Part shown: piece by piece, positions 38,601-52,114 of the stretch
How positions within the stretch are numbered: the first letter of the stretch is position 1
How the letters are laid out: every line of letters starts with the position of its first letter
Assembly (NCBI GenBank): GCA_040954595.2
Contig: CM082587.2
Coordinates: forward strand, 4,172,093 to 4,236,092
Length of the DNA: 64,000 nucleotides
Direction: 5' to 3'
Source: Balanoglossus misakiensis
Taxonomy: Eukaryota > Animalia > Hemichordata
Made by a program: the position numbers and the translations under genes
Notes under the pieces: model-generated
Databases searched by the model: none
What the model saw: only the letters and a program-made list of their open reading frames with translations
What the model was told of the DNA's origin: nothing

Positions 38601-41600
38601 GACAGGGGGAACAGGTGTATGGAATGGATGCACCCTCACACGCAGACTCTGAGGGACAATTAAAAGACACTTTAATTCATCTTTTTGATAGAGAGATACC
38701 AGAAATTTGCTAAACGATGTACTGGACTATCTCCCCTCCCCCTCACTCTTTCTTTTAAGTGTGGCTCATTGCCCACATCCTCAGGTTTGATCTGAGTTTG
38801 GCTATTTTGGGAAATCATCTCATTGTTGTTCTAACTGTTACAGTAATATGCATAGTTCATTATTAGGCTTGATTGATATATTTGACTCCTCACAAAGCTT
38901 TTCGAGGGAAAGATTATCAGAAAAAGGAAGACAGAAATAGTAAGGGGGACTACGCTCTAGGAGGTGTTGACAACCCTCTGGAATGAGCACCTTCAAGCGT
39001 TTATGCATAGCCTTGAGACTGCGAGGTATTTTCGGTAGCTAGGCGATGGTCAACAACCCCTCTGTCATTCCATAGTGGACGCCTTGGCTTTAATCCAGTA
39101 TGGCCAGAGCACAGGCAGTGTCCTTGAGGTTACGTAAGCGGGCAAAGTGGCAGCTTGCCATAATGAGAAAACACCATGTATGGAGCTGGGACGGGATGGG
39201 GGCCCCCCCCCCCCCGCATGTGAAGAACCTTGGTCTAGGGCTGCTGGTACTGTTAGATAACATCCCCTTATTCTGTTTCCAATCTCGCCGTTTGAAAATC
39301 GTTTCCACCCAGCAACAAACTGGTCGAATGTTTACTGCCGGCAACGCTTTATTTGAGATACCCCTCGCAACATTCCTTCTTTCGCATGGAAGCACTGATA
39401 ATAACAAAGCAGGAACTGTGGACTCGTCATAATACCATAAACGACAATCAAAGGAATCACTTTTTCATGTGAAAGAAAGAATATTGCGAGGGATATCCAA
39501 GGGGGGGAGATGATGACTCGTGCACAGGCAATAAATTCAATTAACCATCACACACCACAGTCATTATCTATTCAAACATATTTTTAACTTTTCAACATCA
39601 CTGCCAATGGTTGCCATGGAAGTAGTAACCTAGCAACAACACCTGTTCCCATCTATCTCTCTTTCAGCTTTTGCAAAACAGAAAGATGATCTTTCACCGT
39701 GACTATGAATATCGCTTTCAATTTCAAGTTCAATTCACTAAGGCTGATATAAATGGAAAAAGAAATGTCAAAAAGAATCCACACAAGTCAATCAACTGTC
39801 AGTTAAAAATGTTGTCGTCGGCGCTGATCGGACAGTTTTCACTGACCAGCCAATTAATTGATATCTTGACAGCCTGTATTGGAAAACCTGTACACAGAAA
39901 GAAACACCAGAAAAACTGGTTTATCTAACAAATGTTTGTTTTTTTCTATCATGTCCAGGTACGATTTTCAGACATCCCATAATGCTCAGTAAAGCTCAAC
40001 AATCACTAGCATCAGCAGCCTTGTATGTTGCATGTGAAAGCCCCGGTATAAACACGTGCACACACACTAAAACATACACGTGTATACTAACAAAAACACG
40101 TACACTTCATGCACGTGAGCACACACTCATACACCCCACCCTCTGCACTGCGCAGACCTGGATTTACTTTCCAGTGTCGACAGTTTTCTGGTTTTCTTGA
40201 CGCCTGGCCATCATTGGCCGGGGTACCTTGAGAGCGTAATTAGCTGGGCAGACAACAATTCTCTCCTCTCAGGGCCAAAATCGTGTCAACACAGACATCA
40301 CCAGGGTCGTCTGACCACAGTGTTTGAAGAGAGAAAAAAATCCATACAAAGGAGCAGTGACATCATCAAAAACAATTACTATGATTGTGTAAAGTTGCCT
40401 TCAAAGATATCACCACGCCTATTAAAGAGGCTTACAATCTAGTCATGTGTTTTCAAAGGGATTCCAGATTAAAGCGCCAGAAAACACCTAGAGAACTTTA
40501 ATCCTAGATTTTTCCTCTTGATCAATACAAAATCAAAATTTACATTTTTAAATGTTTCATGAACACAACTCTTTTTTTTGCCAGATATTTTTTTGACTTA
40601 GACTTAAACTACGACTTTGAGTGGAAGTACTACGGAAGTAACCAGTTGTAATGAATCATGAACAGAAATGCAAATTGAACATGTTAATGAGCAGATTTAA
40701 TTCATTTCAAGTAACTTTTTGGCCAAGTCAATTTCCATTTAATGTCCACAATACCTTTATCCATACCAGTAACATTTCAATTTGAATGTATTTACATAAA
40801 ATTCTGTCCCTCTATTTTACACCTTAACCAAACACACTTCAGAGAGAGACCAAGCTACACTTGGAATCTTAAAATTGAAAAGTCATTTTATTTTTAAATA
40901 AATAATATCTTCAATGAAAACAGAAGTTTCCTAAGCTAGATGAAGCAGAGTGTGACGTCTTTGTTGTATGAAATAATCCAATCAACTGATAATTCAGATG
41001 GTAGTCTCCGGCAAATCCGGCCACTGAACTGGAAATGCAGCCAGGCAGCCCTCAACTTTCACCTACTTTTGCGTCATTGGGAGTAACAGACTGACAGTCA
41101 AGGTAAAAAGTATTGATTTCAAAAACCTTGCAAGTCTAGAAAACCAGTCAAGATGTTTTGGCCACTTGAGTAACCTTTCACGTCTTGTTGTTTCAACTTT
41201 GCTGATTGCGTGGCAACTTGTGATCTGTGACGGTCTGTCTGATATTCTTCATCTCTGTTTTGACTCTAACTTTTTTTGTAGATTAGCAGAAAGCCACCTG
41301 AAATTAATGCCTTCAAAACAGCCGTTCCACCTCATTTCATCTATTTCCGGTTCCAAAATAAAACAGTCAACCTATTTGTGGTTTTTGCTATGTCTACCAT
41401 TCTTTTCAGGAAACTCAACCGCAGATAAGACAAAACAATTTCCCTTAACCACTGACCACTTAAACTTGGGAACTTGCCAAAAGAAAAACATTGGTATTGA
41501 TTTTGTCTGTGCTAGGTAGGCAGCATTTGGGGTAAATCTCCCTGAACTAAGGGGGTCTTGTCCGTCTCAAGGTTATACCACTGAGTGTAAAGTTTACTAT

Positions 41601-44541
41601 TGGTCTTGAATACACTAGTGATTAGGCAAATCAAACTGCAGACAAAAGAATTCATCCACCTATGTGAATAAAATATGACGCGGTTACGTAAGGTACCTGC
41701 CCATGTACCGCTATACAAATATGTGCAGCCGTTACATTCTCCTTCAGTCCTGCACCCATGATGCGTTTTAAAATAACCTACGATTGTCACGAATTATGGA
41801 AAAAACTTCCAAAAATAGATTTCCCAAAGGAATTGCATCCTCTCTCAATTGAACACTTTCCAGGAGAAAACGCTTCAAAAGCAAAAACAAAATATCAGAA
41901 TCTTCCTTTGCAATGTGTGCTGATGAGTTGGCCAAAATGATGCAAGTCAACTTTTTTTGGTATTTAACTCTCAGGCTTTTCATCACATCACGAAGGAACA
42001 AGTTCAAGTTTTAATTTGTAAGGATTATTACTTTTCAGAAAGTTTCAATTTGTCTAAAATTGTGTCTGCCGATGGGTTCCATTTCTAGTTTACATTTTAC
42101 ATTTTTGACGAGTTTTGGGGAAAGGATCCATCTTTTGAGATCCATATTTTCACTGTCACGGATTTGACTTTCTCGGATGCCTTGCACCTCTTCAGACGGT
42201 ACAAGGACGAGGCAGGTCTGAGAGACGGTGGGAGGTGGCAGGTTCCTGCAGAGATCCACCTTCCTGGCATTGACGTCCACCGTCACCTTGCACCAAGGTG
42301 TTATCTAACAATGGTTCGATGTCTGGGCAGACAACACTCCATCACAGACATTGCATCTTTCTGTTGGCTCAACACCAAGAAAATCCTTGGATTCTCAAAG
42401 ACCAACAGACGATGGAATCTCCGCCGATGAAAAGGAGATTTTCGCCCAATCAATATGCAAATAACCCTGACTGGTATACTCTCCGCTGATTGGTCAGTAT
42501 CCTTGGATATGACCTTGAAGCCTGTCCAACAAACTATTTGGCCAAACAAGTGGACGCGTGATTAGCGAGGCACAGACAGGATCTTCTCATTTTCCTCACC
42601 AACTTAGACAATACCTTGATTAGTAGCCTTGAATATGAAAACAGCTCATCTGAAATTAATTCTGTCTGGGAATGAAATTAAATTTTTTAGAACTCCTGCT
42701 GTTAATCTCTTTATTCCTTCTGGTAAAAAATGAAACTGTATGAGACAGCTAGATTTTACAAAGCATCCTTCGAAATTTTATCTCTGACTAGCGTCATGAA
42801 ATCTAAAATATTGAGCTTTCATCAGGGTCTATCAGTATTCTTCTAATAAAAATACAATTCTAAAGTAATTACGTAATGTATAGGACCACTAACAGAGACG
42901 GTGATGCAAATTTAATTTTTTTAACTACACCTTTTTCTAATTTAAAACAGGTTAAATTTCTGTTATGTGGGTCATTTATCATGTGCATGAGTGCTTGTTA
43001 ACAATTTCCCACACTTTCAAAGTGTTTTATCTACACAAATATGCTTGCATATCAGCTGTGCTGAATTAGATATTCAAAATAAAAGGAGGAAAAAACTTCC
43101 TGAAAATAGAGATAAAAAACACAGCAAAGATTTTTAAAAGTGGGAATGATTTATCAAGACAGGTGTGGTCTATAGGTACATGTAAGGGCTCATGACTAAA
43201 ATGATCGCTGGTCCGAGCCGTGCAGTTCCTGGGGTGTTGTTTCATCCAACGCAAAGTCACTCTCAATGACCCAGTCCCCGCTGGATCAGTAGATTCAGTA
43301 AACATTGAAGGCAATCATGATCAAATGAAATCTATCACGTTTGAGGCAATTTGGCCCGGAGAGGTCTGAGTAATGGCTCTGGATATGCGAACTAGCAGTA
43401 CTGTATTGGAAGGGGAAAGCCTAACGGCTTTACAGGGTACTGCTTTCCCCGAAGCCAGCACCAATTAGCATAAATATATTGGCAACAGCCAATCACATGC
43501 ATGCAACAAAATTTGAGACTTCTCCAGCCACTATACAAGACGTTAAAAAAAATTGGACCTACCTTCCAAGAGCATGCCCTTGTTAAGGCACTTTTGGAAG
43601 CGACAATATTGGCACCGATTTCTTTGGGCTTTTGTGATCTCACAGTTGCGATCGCCTACACAGGTGTACACTCGTTTGTTCTGAACTGTTCTTTTGAAGA
43701 AGCCCTTGCAACCTTCGCACGTGATGATGCCGTAGTGCAGACCAGTCGCTCTGTCGTCGCAGATACTGCAGTACATCAAAGACTCGTCTTCTTCTGAGTT
43801 GCTGGCTTCGCTGTGACCCTGGCTGTCCAACCCTGACCCTACGCTATTGGAGTGCTGAATGACACCGCCGCCGCCTGCACCTTTGGCCGGCGTGGGGGGC
43901 GCGGAGTGGTAGTGTCCCTGCGGGGCGGGCATGGTCTGCGGTGGAAAGGGGAAGTGAGTGCCGATGGCTTGGGTGAAAGGAGTCCCCGGGTTGTAAATAA
44001 AGCTGTTGGCACTCATAGGAGAGGGAATGATGCTGGATCCCGGGCTCGGAAGGCTCCCGGTCGGCGACGATCGCTGACTGGCCGGGGAGGCGGAATTACT
44101 GTGATAGTAGCGAATCGCATCGGCGCTTAGCGGTGGGTTCATCAGTATTCTATCTCTGTTAAGAAGTGGATTATGCTCGGCTTTCATGCTGTAGCCTTCG
44201 GTAAGCCTCTGGTGTAACTGAGATGGTGTCGATGGAGTCTGGGGCGAAACTGCCAGTAGGGGTGGTGGAGGAGGGATCATCGGGTACGAAATTGATGTGC
44301 TCTTCGGGCTTGCCAATAGAGTATTCACCACTTCTTTCTTCTCCAAGCTTTTCCTCTCTTCCTTAAAGCTGCTTGCTACTTCATTAGCTTGGTACAGCCC
44401 ACTCCATCTTTTCATTGGGGGCAACTTCTTCAGTCTGATGTCGTTACCTCCTTGACCATCTTCATCTTCACTCTTTGATTTCTTTGTCATTTCACTCTCT
44501 TCGGCCATTGCTGGACAACTCCCCGAATGTGCCCGCTTCAT
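32607..44541 (-). CDS. Hr4: Orphan nuclear receptor, NR6A subfamily, HR4/GRF-like, 4 coding exons, 657 aa
   Basis: Exons (minus) 44541-43563, 34180-34128, 33869-33128, 32806-32607; 1974 nt in frame. [34 protein letters not shown]...[17 protein letters not shown]-box [32 protein letters not shown]-terminal [11 protein letters not shown] like insect HR4 SKMFYVPF.LN. Start Met inferred (first ATG after acceptor at 44546). Confidence 0.9.
32867..32959. mobile_element. ~93-bp piggyBac-like MITE, copy 2, last intron of the HR4-like gene
   Basis: ATAACCCTTTCACC ... GGTGAAAGGGTTAA; aligns end to end with 17307-17401. Confidence 0.8.
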
Positions 44542-45538
44542 TTCGCCTGAAAATAAAATGTTCATCGAAAATAATTTTCCAAGTCAAGTGGTGCAGACAG
44601 AGAGGAAATGAAGCATTTACAAATCTTTCTCACTACTACAAATTCATTTGAATATGAAAACAGGAACAAAAACAAAATTGACCAAAATAAAAATAAAGAA
44701 AGATGTCAAATAAATACTTGATGGCATATATATACAAAAGTTGCCAAATAAGCACATGTGAATTTGTTTCTGTGTAAAAATGTCAATTTCATGACATGAC
44801 AATTTTTAAAAGTCGCATATTTCCCTTGAAATGTACATCATGTACACACAAAACAGTTCATGCCAGTGTTCCGAAGGCAAAGTCGAAAAAACAACAACCA
44901 AGACGGCCCGGGCAGCTTTCGACCTACAAATGAACGGGCAACGTGACGCGGTGTACACATTGTACATTCCCGGCCACGCGTGACGTATACACCGCGTAAA
45001 CTTCGCCCCACTTTATCGTCTGCGCGGAGCCCACGAGTCTTTTGAGCAACGTACTGTTCTGGTCAGTTTTAGTCGCGGTGCTATCAATTCTCAATATATA
45101 TGGGCAGTGTCGCAATGAAACGTGATAATTGAGCCTGAGTAACTACTGAGTATTGACCCGATTAACTTTTGTCTCCAAAAAAGGTGTGAAGTGAATGTAG
45201 ACAGTTATGTTGAAATGAGGGGGACGAGTTCGGATACCAACATTACAGTTCTAACACTTCCTGGTTTTTAAAACTCAAAATGTCTGCACTGTTAGCACTG
45301 CGCAGACAATTCGGAACAATCTCACACACCATTTCAATCACGACAATAAAACCCCGAAGAAATGCGGCCTAGGTTCGCGCTACCACCGGACGAGCCTTCA
45401 GAACGAACGGGGACACATCGAAGTTCAAAATAACGCTGGTAATGACCTTTGAATAAAAGGAGTTGAAATAGGACATCGAGAAACTAGTGCACGGTATTAC
45501 TTATTACTTTGACAAGAAGCAGCTAGCAGTTGACTCAC

Positions 45539-45700
45539 CGGTTAAAACGCGTCCTAAATTCAACAGCGTCGAACAGGTCCGCGGTTATATGCTAGTCGTG
45601 GGGTAGTCCCGGTTAGTTGACCACTAAGTCTGTGTTACGCCCCGTTCGGTCTTGAAGTCTGGCGAACACAACACTGTGGTCGGCTAAAAATAACACGTAG
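45539..45700 (-). other. Candidate non-coding 5' exon of the HR4-like gene in a CpG-rich region
   Basis: Strong donor CCG|GTGAGT at 45539/45538; acceptor ttttcag at 44547 precedes the ATG; in-frame stop upstream, so UTR. 5' end unknown. Confidence 0.45.
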
Positions 45701-48204
45701 GGACCGGTATTAAGAGGAATACCAATTAGAGGTGAATGAACGCTATGCGACCTTCCTTGCGAGGGCGCACAACACCGAAAATAAACAAATTCTGCATTCG
45801 CACTGATTAATATAGACACCAAATATTGCCATTATCTGGCAAATAAAACTCTCGAGATACTGTTTTAGGTATGTTTTGACATTTTATACCTCTTGGTCAA
45901 TGTATGTGCAAACGTATCCCTAAATTAAACCAAAACTCGAACTATAGTCAACATGCGGAGTAATATGAAGGCCAGAGTATGTTGTGAAAGGAATGTAGAC
46001 TGTCGTCAGTCGGTCCAAACGAAATGATCAGTAGGGGGTGACGCCTTTACCCGAGGGGCGAGTGTCACGTCATTAAAGTCTGCACACACAAAATTTACAC
46101 ATTACGTCAATTCTGACATTTTCGTCATTTAATTTACATGCGCTATGCAAAAAGGATAGCAAAGCACCACAATACCGCCCGCGTTCTTGATTGAGCAAAA
46201 GCGTATGCAACGAGTGGCTTAAATTCGTCTCCGTGGCAACAATGACGTAACTAAGTTGCCTGTTCAGGTGATGTATGACAACGATTGCACGACACAGCAT
46301 ATGGGTTATTCTTGGTTATTCTAGGCTGTTCATTCCCCGATGAAATTAATACAAACAATATATAGCATGTTCATTCCGCCGTCGGTCTCAAGTTTAGATG
46401 TGGACTCAACGCACGGCGAAGGTCGAAAAGCGTTTTTCTTCGACCAGACGGCAATCTTTTCCCCGCACACCAAGGCCTAGATCCTACCTGTTTATATAAT
46501 TCAGTGACACATTGACAACGGTATGAAACAGGCAAAGATCATATATCAAATGAAAAATCCACTTTGAAATTTTTTTTAGTGCTGTCAAAATATCAATGGA
46601 TGAATCCACTGACAAAGAAGCGCAAGGTACACAAGTTTGGCGATGTGCGCCATTATTTATTTGATAATTTGTTTGTTTGTTTGTTTGTTTATTTTTTATG
46701 TTTATTTTTTATTTCCATATACACACTTCAACACTTCTTTGAAAAAAGTGCTACATCTACACAGTACACTCCTCTCAAAGGAAAATGGCAAGTAAGCGTG
46801 CGCACGCATGAGAATAGCTAAGAAGTTGCTAAGAAGTAGGGCAGTCTGACAGGCTTTCAATAAACTGGCCCGGCCCAAGATAACAATTACTTTTTTGGAC
46901 TCCGCATATATTGCGTGGCTCGTATGAAGTGACATTTCAAGTTTTCACGATACTTTTCGAGGGCGTCAATAATAATAGGTACATTTGTCGACCCCCGCTC
47001 CAAACCTACAGACTGCCCCCACATCACAGTGCGCGATAGAGGGGGTGTGACACCCATCAGAGATACCCTGATATGTGACTGTCAGCAATTTGTGACCCGT
47101 CGTGACTCCAATATATATATTCATAACATTTTGTATTTCGTGCTACATGGCAAACTTGAACACGATAGCCATCATGATTTAATAGGCCTGGATACAATGT
47201 ATGCGAATGTGTCATATTACATTTGATAACGTTGATGATGCGTTGATTACTGTGGCGTTTATCATATCATTGTTGGCTACGCAAAGAGAAAAATCGGGAA
47301 AAGGCCGCGAGGTTTTCGAGTGTAGGCCTACAACTATACAAGTACGGCTGTAGCGCTTGACACAACTGACAAGGTCGTTTTCAAGGTCGAGGACGCCGTG
47401 ACAGTTTCAAGCGCAGGGTACGCTCAAGGTCACCGGATAAGACGTCGCCCTACATTTCTCAGCCATAAATCATCGTGCTGTTATCCAGGTTGCGACCTAT
47501 ATTCTCAGTGCGGTTGCGTTGTACACAATAGGATGCAAAACGTACACTGCTCGATCGCAAGAACTGAAAGATACTTCGATATTAAATTGGACGAATATTA
47601 AATCTGTCTCATCCACTGTAAAGGATGGACCATTTTCTATCTGGCAGCGGGTTGGAGGATTTAAAAATAAAATATGTTGCCAGCCAACTTAAAAATATAT
47701 TAATATCTGACTTTGCTATACAACAGGTAAAAACGAATTGCTTCTATAGGCAAGGTAAAAATTGCTGTGATGACATGTTGGCCTAGCCGCTTGCTCCGAA
47801 TCCTATACAGATTCGTAGCTTCGTCAGTGAACATAAGATTACATGTACAACAGCAATGTCTTCCTCGGTTTGCTTGGCGTTTATACTCGCCTTTAATTTA
47901 CATATGTCTAAGTTTCTGGTATTGTCAAAAGGCGTATCCCAATGTTCGAATGACCATGTGGTGGCGCACTTTTTCGCGTGTGCCACCCACTGAAAACTCT
48001 GTGATTGGCTAGATTGGAATTTTCCATGGTAACAGTGTTTAAATTTGCATATGTGAACATATACCTTTAACCGTGAGAACTCAATCTTAGCCATGATAAA
48101 GGGCAAAATATAGTTACGCTAGCGCCACATTTAAAAGCTTTTCTGTGTCATATCAAATTTCGGAGGAGATTATGTACAGCAACCTTTTGGTTTGATGTTC
48201 ATAC

Positions 48205-48389
48205 TCCCCTCTCTCCCTCCCTCCCCCTCTCGTTCGCGTTCTCTCTCCTCTCTCCCTCTCTCTCGTTCTCCCTCTTTCGTTCTCTCTCCCCCCCTCTCCG
48301 CCTCTCGTTCGCGTTCTCTCTCTCTCGCTATCTCTCTCACCCTCGTACCCTCTCTCACTCACTCACTCTCTCTCTCTCTTCTCCCTCTC
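48205..48389. repeat. Polypyrimidine (CT-rich) low-complexity tract with repeated CTCGTTCGCGTTCTCTC units
   Basis: Directly visible. Confidence 0.9.
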
Positions 48390-51300
48390 GATATCATATC
48401 TGTATTAAAAATCTGCTCTTTCTCCCTAATTGTTTTGACCTTTCATAGAGTTTGCCATTTCTCTAATTGCTTTAACCTTTAATGTTGTGTCACCTCCGGC
48501 CTTCGTGCAACTCTGTTCGTTTTGTGGCCGGTCAATTGTCCGTTTGACCCCAACAAGCTTCAGTGTAATTGACCTTCGGGGTCTAAGGATGCCCTACAGA
48601 GCTCCAATTGCCCGTACCTTCAATTCACAGAATATGAGAAGGATGATCTATTTATAAAAGAGAAGTTGTGAACTTGAGCTGTTGAAAGACTCGTCGATAC
48701 AGGTTAATGACCGCATGCAAAATGTTTTTCGTTTTATCTTAATGAGAGTTTTTTATTCGTTTTCCGAAGTTAATGGTCAGACTGACTCATCGCGTTTTTG
48801 CTCCGACAGGGAAATACAAAAAAATACATAATATTTTATTTGCTACTGACATCATTTATTTGACATTCGGCACTTACTTGTGCCTTCGTAATCTATACAA
48901 ACTGAAAGGTGCAATACGTGCAGTGTCCGTCACTATTTGTGTTTATACATATAATGTGTTATTGTTATTGTTGATAAGGGGTTTTAATTCCGGACTTCAA
49001 TTAAACTGTCTAAAAAATCTTAATTTGTCGCATATAATCGGAAATGTATTGAGTAAAAAAACTTTGCTTCGATGTATTAGTACAGACCCGAGTGTGTTTC
49101 ACCAAGAATGAAACTTTCCAGACCAGCATGTTTATCTTCCGACTGGGCAGCTTACTCATCATGTTCAAGGTTGAAAGGCGCCCTGCAAATTTCGTTTGCC
49201 ATTAAAGTTTGTGCATTTTATTGCGGAGAAATTGTCTATAATGATGAGATTCCGTTGAAGCAAGCGCTTATAAAATTTGCGACATAAGCCACTTTATTTA
49301 AACGCGGCAGCTCGCATTATGACGACGTTCTGCACGAACTGGCCGATTTGAACTTGAAACCGTCCTGCGGCGGAAGGCGTGCAGACACTATAGTGTACAG
49401 CGTGCCCTTCTCGTCCCCTGCCAGCACACTGCATTGACCTTCAGCAGAAAGACCAAGGTTACTACTTTGAGCCTGGATGCAGGGATGTTTGTTAAGTATA
49501 CCAGGACAGTCACCACCCCTGTCACGTATGTTGTTGTGTGCAGAACGAGGTCAGGATCATTGTCGGGCAGTGTGTACACCGCGCACACGCCGGCGGCAGG
49601 GATGCTGGTGCCACAACTCAGCTCGTTCAAGATCAAATATGAAATGCCGGGTCATGGTTCCCCACGCTACCTTGGCTTTAACAAAAAAAAATCTTGAAGT
49701 GTTTGTGGACGGATCGGTCGAGTCCTTGTATGAATTCTTTAGTGCTCTTTCGTATCTCTTAGTCTTAGCCATATCTAAGGGGATGCCCCCCCCCCCCCCC
49801 AAAAAAAAAGAATGTCGGAACGGAATTATCAGCAAAACGTCGTGTAGTGAATATAAGTGATAAAATTCTGTTGCTGAACACTCTTACTCTGGTTTGCATA
49901 AACTAGCCCGTACCTTTTCGTCCAAATACATCCCATGCCAACTGTTGCCATGCTCTTTTACCTTGAATAAGTGTCAAACAAATTATATACAGCGATAATT
50001 ATTGGAGGGAATGTTTTCAAAAATAGTGTTATTAGTAAAACTAAAAATGATGTCGTCCTTCAAACGATACGTTCTTGAGCCCTTTCGCCTTTTAAACAAA
50101 CTATCCAGTTATTACAAAATACAATTAAGCCCAATAGAGCGTATATGGCGCTTGAATGTTCAAAATTATGTAAATGAATTGGCATCCAGCCGAACATGGG
50201 ATGCTTCAGTCATGTCACTCATCTCAGTACACCTTGGACGAATATCATGAAAAGTGATGTTCTTTGATCATTTTTAATCCTAGCTTGTTGTCGGTGTTAA
50301 AAAAAATAGTTCCAGGCAAGTTTCAGTCTGGTAAAAATATGGAGCCCGTTTCATCAGCGACAGGTTACCTTTGAATCCTATGGGACGCGTGTCGTTCGAT
50401 AAGATGCATGCAATCATGGTATAATAAACCTTGCCCAAGTTTATGACGTAGGCACTCACATGTTACAAACACGCCACGCTTGTACGCGTCAGCCTTGGTA
50501 CAAATGAAATGATAAAATCACGGTTACTAGTAACCGTGATAAAATGCAATAGCTAGGGCATTAGGTATGGTGTGTAATAATAAAGATTTATTGAGATGCT
50601 TGGCATTATTGTTGAAACGCGGGAGAGAATTTCTTAGATTTCTTGGTAGTGGGCATAAACAAATGTCGAGGAATATAAATTTAACCCCCACCCCCCTCTC
50701 CAACACGTACACACAGTGTCAATTTTGCGCCCTCTATAGTTCAAAACTAGAATTCCAGGCCCATGGAGATGTGCGGCCGCAGTGTGGAGAAGTCAACAAA
50801 CTTCTGTTCACGGTCATGTCCAGTAACCGTGGCAACACACGGCCTCGCACAAGGTTTTCTTTCCTCCCGCAAAATCACCCAATCAAATCTGGCCAATATC
50901 GATTTCTCATGACGGCAACCTGAGAAAATTATAAAATGGACTGTGACGGTTGTGTAAGAGACAAACATATCCTTGAACGGGAGAGGTAAACCAGGACGTT
51001 CGAGATCACGAGTATTTCTATATAGGTGTCCATTGTTTTTTCTGTTTTATGGATGCTTCTAAAATATTTTGATAATTCTAGAGGAGTTGCGCGAGTGATT
51101 TTATTTTGGTACACATCTCAGTATTAAAGCGTGTGTAATACGGGGCTTTGTATAGCCCTCGTACAAGTCTGTGTATTCCCGACGTTCACGGTCACACATG
51201 TACATGATGAACGCTGGGCTAGGGCTTTGTAGTACTAGTATATCTTGTTTTTAATGTTTCAAGCTGTGTTCGCCAGTAAGGCATTCTCGGGATCTTCAAG

Positions 51301-51915
51301 GTTCTTTAACGTCTACATTCGGATAACCTGTTGTCTTGTTTGTCCGATCCACTAAGGTCTCGCGTCCACAACGGACCCAATTATGTCGCTGGCTGGCGCT
51401 ATGCTAACCAAAATAGATTTCAAGCTACTGCTGCAAATGCACTAAACATGAAAAAACAAGGCAAATAGCCTATGTAAAAATAGGAATTGTCACATGCAAC
51501 GCGTCTAAAATTGTCTGTAGAAATGAATTGACTGAAAAATTGTTTCCTTGTTGAATCCGTAGTTCAATCATTTCATTTTATGGTTGTTTGGGCGTGGCAT
51601 TTCCCCATCTTGGAGTACATGCATGATGTCCCATCTGTGCCAAGATTACAAGTTATCATTCTTCCATTACAAAACCGTGACAGCAAGTCCACATCTTTGC
51701 TCCTTTGTCGACGTCTCAGAGTGATCGTCTGTCGGGCATTTTCCATATCATAGCGACCTCTATGGTCGGACGTATATTCTCACTTTCAATTTGTAATCCC
51801 TGGTTCGCGCATGTGCTGTGGTTGACATTGAATGTCAATGTGGTCATAGGCGGCGGAATGTAGCCTGATATAACATGTAAAGAAGGCTACAGTCAGTTTT
51901 ATTCCGCCACCTGTG

Positions 51916-52114
51916 GATAAAATCGTCTAACTTCTAATCGAAGGCTAATATTAGAGTGGGATGGTGGCCCGATTTGCCGTTTTATCGGATAAAATCGATA
52001 ATATCGTCTAACGTCTAAGTTAGTGTCTAATATTATAGTGATGGGATTGGTGGGGAGGTTGTTAGGCCCCGATAATATCGTTTAACTTCTAAGTTAGATT
52101 CTAATATTAGAGTG
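51916..52114. repeat. Three degenerate copies of a ~44-bp internally palindromic unit (period ~75-80 bp)
   Basis: GATAATATCGTCTAACTTCTAAGTTAGATTCTAATATTAGAGTG-like units start at 51916, 51997 and 52071. Confidence 0.75.

Noticed and set aside
42150-42430. GC-richer ORF-like patch in the receptor intron
   Set aside because: No recognisable domain or frame-compatible splice pair; more likely regulatory.
48153-48482. RE-rich and SL-rich ORFs
   Set aside because: Products of the CT/GA low-complexity tract.
51916-52114. CRISPR-like repeat-spacer look
   Set aside because: Eukaryotic context, no cas genes, only three degenerate units, and the linkers resemble each other (GGGA..TGGTGG..GGCCC); a tandem repeat.
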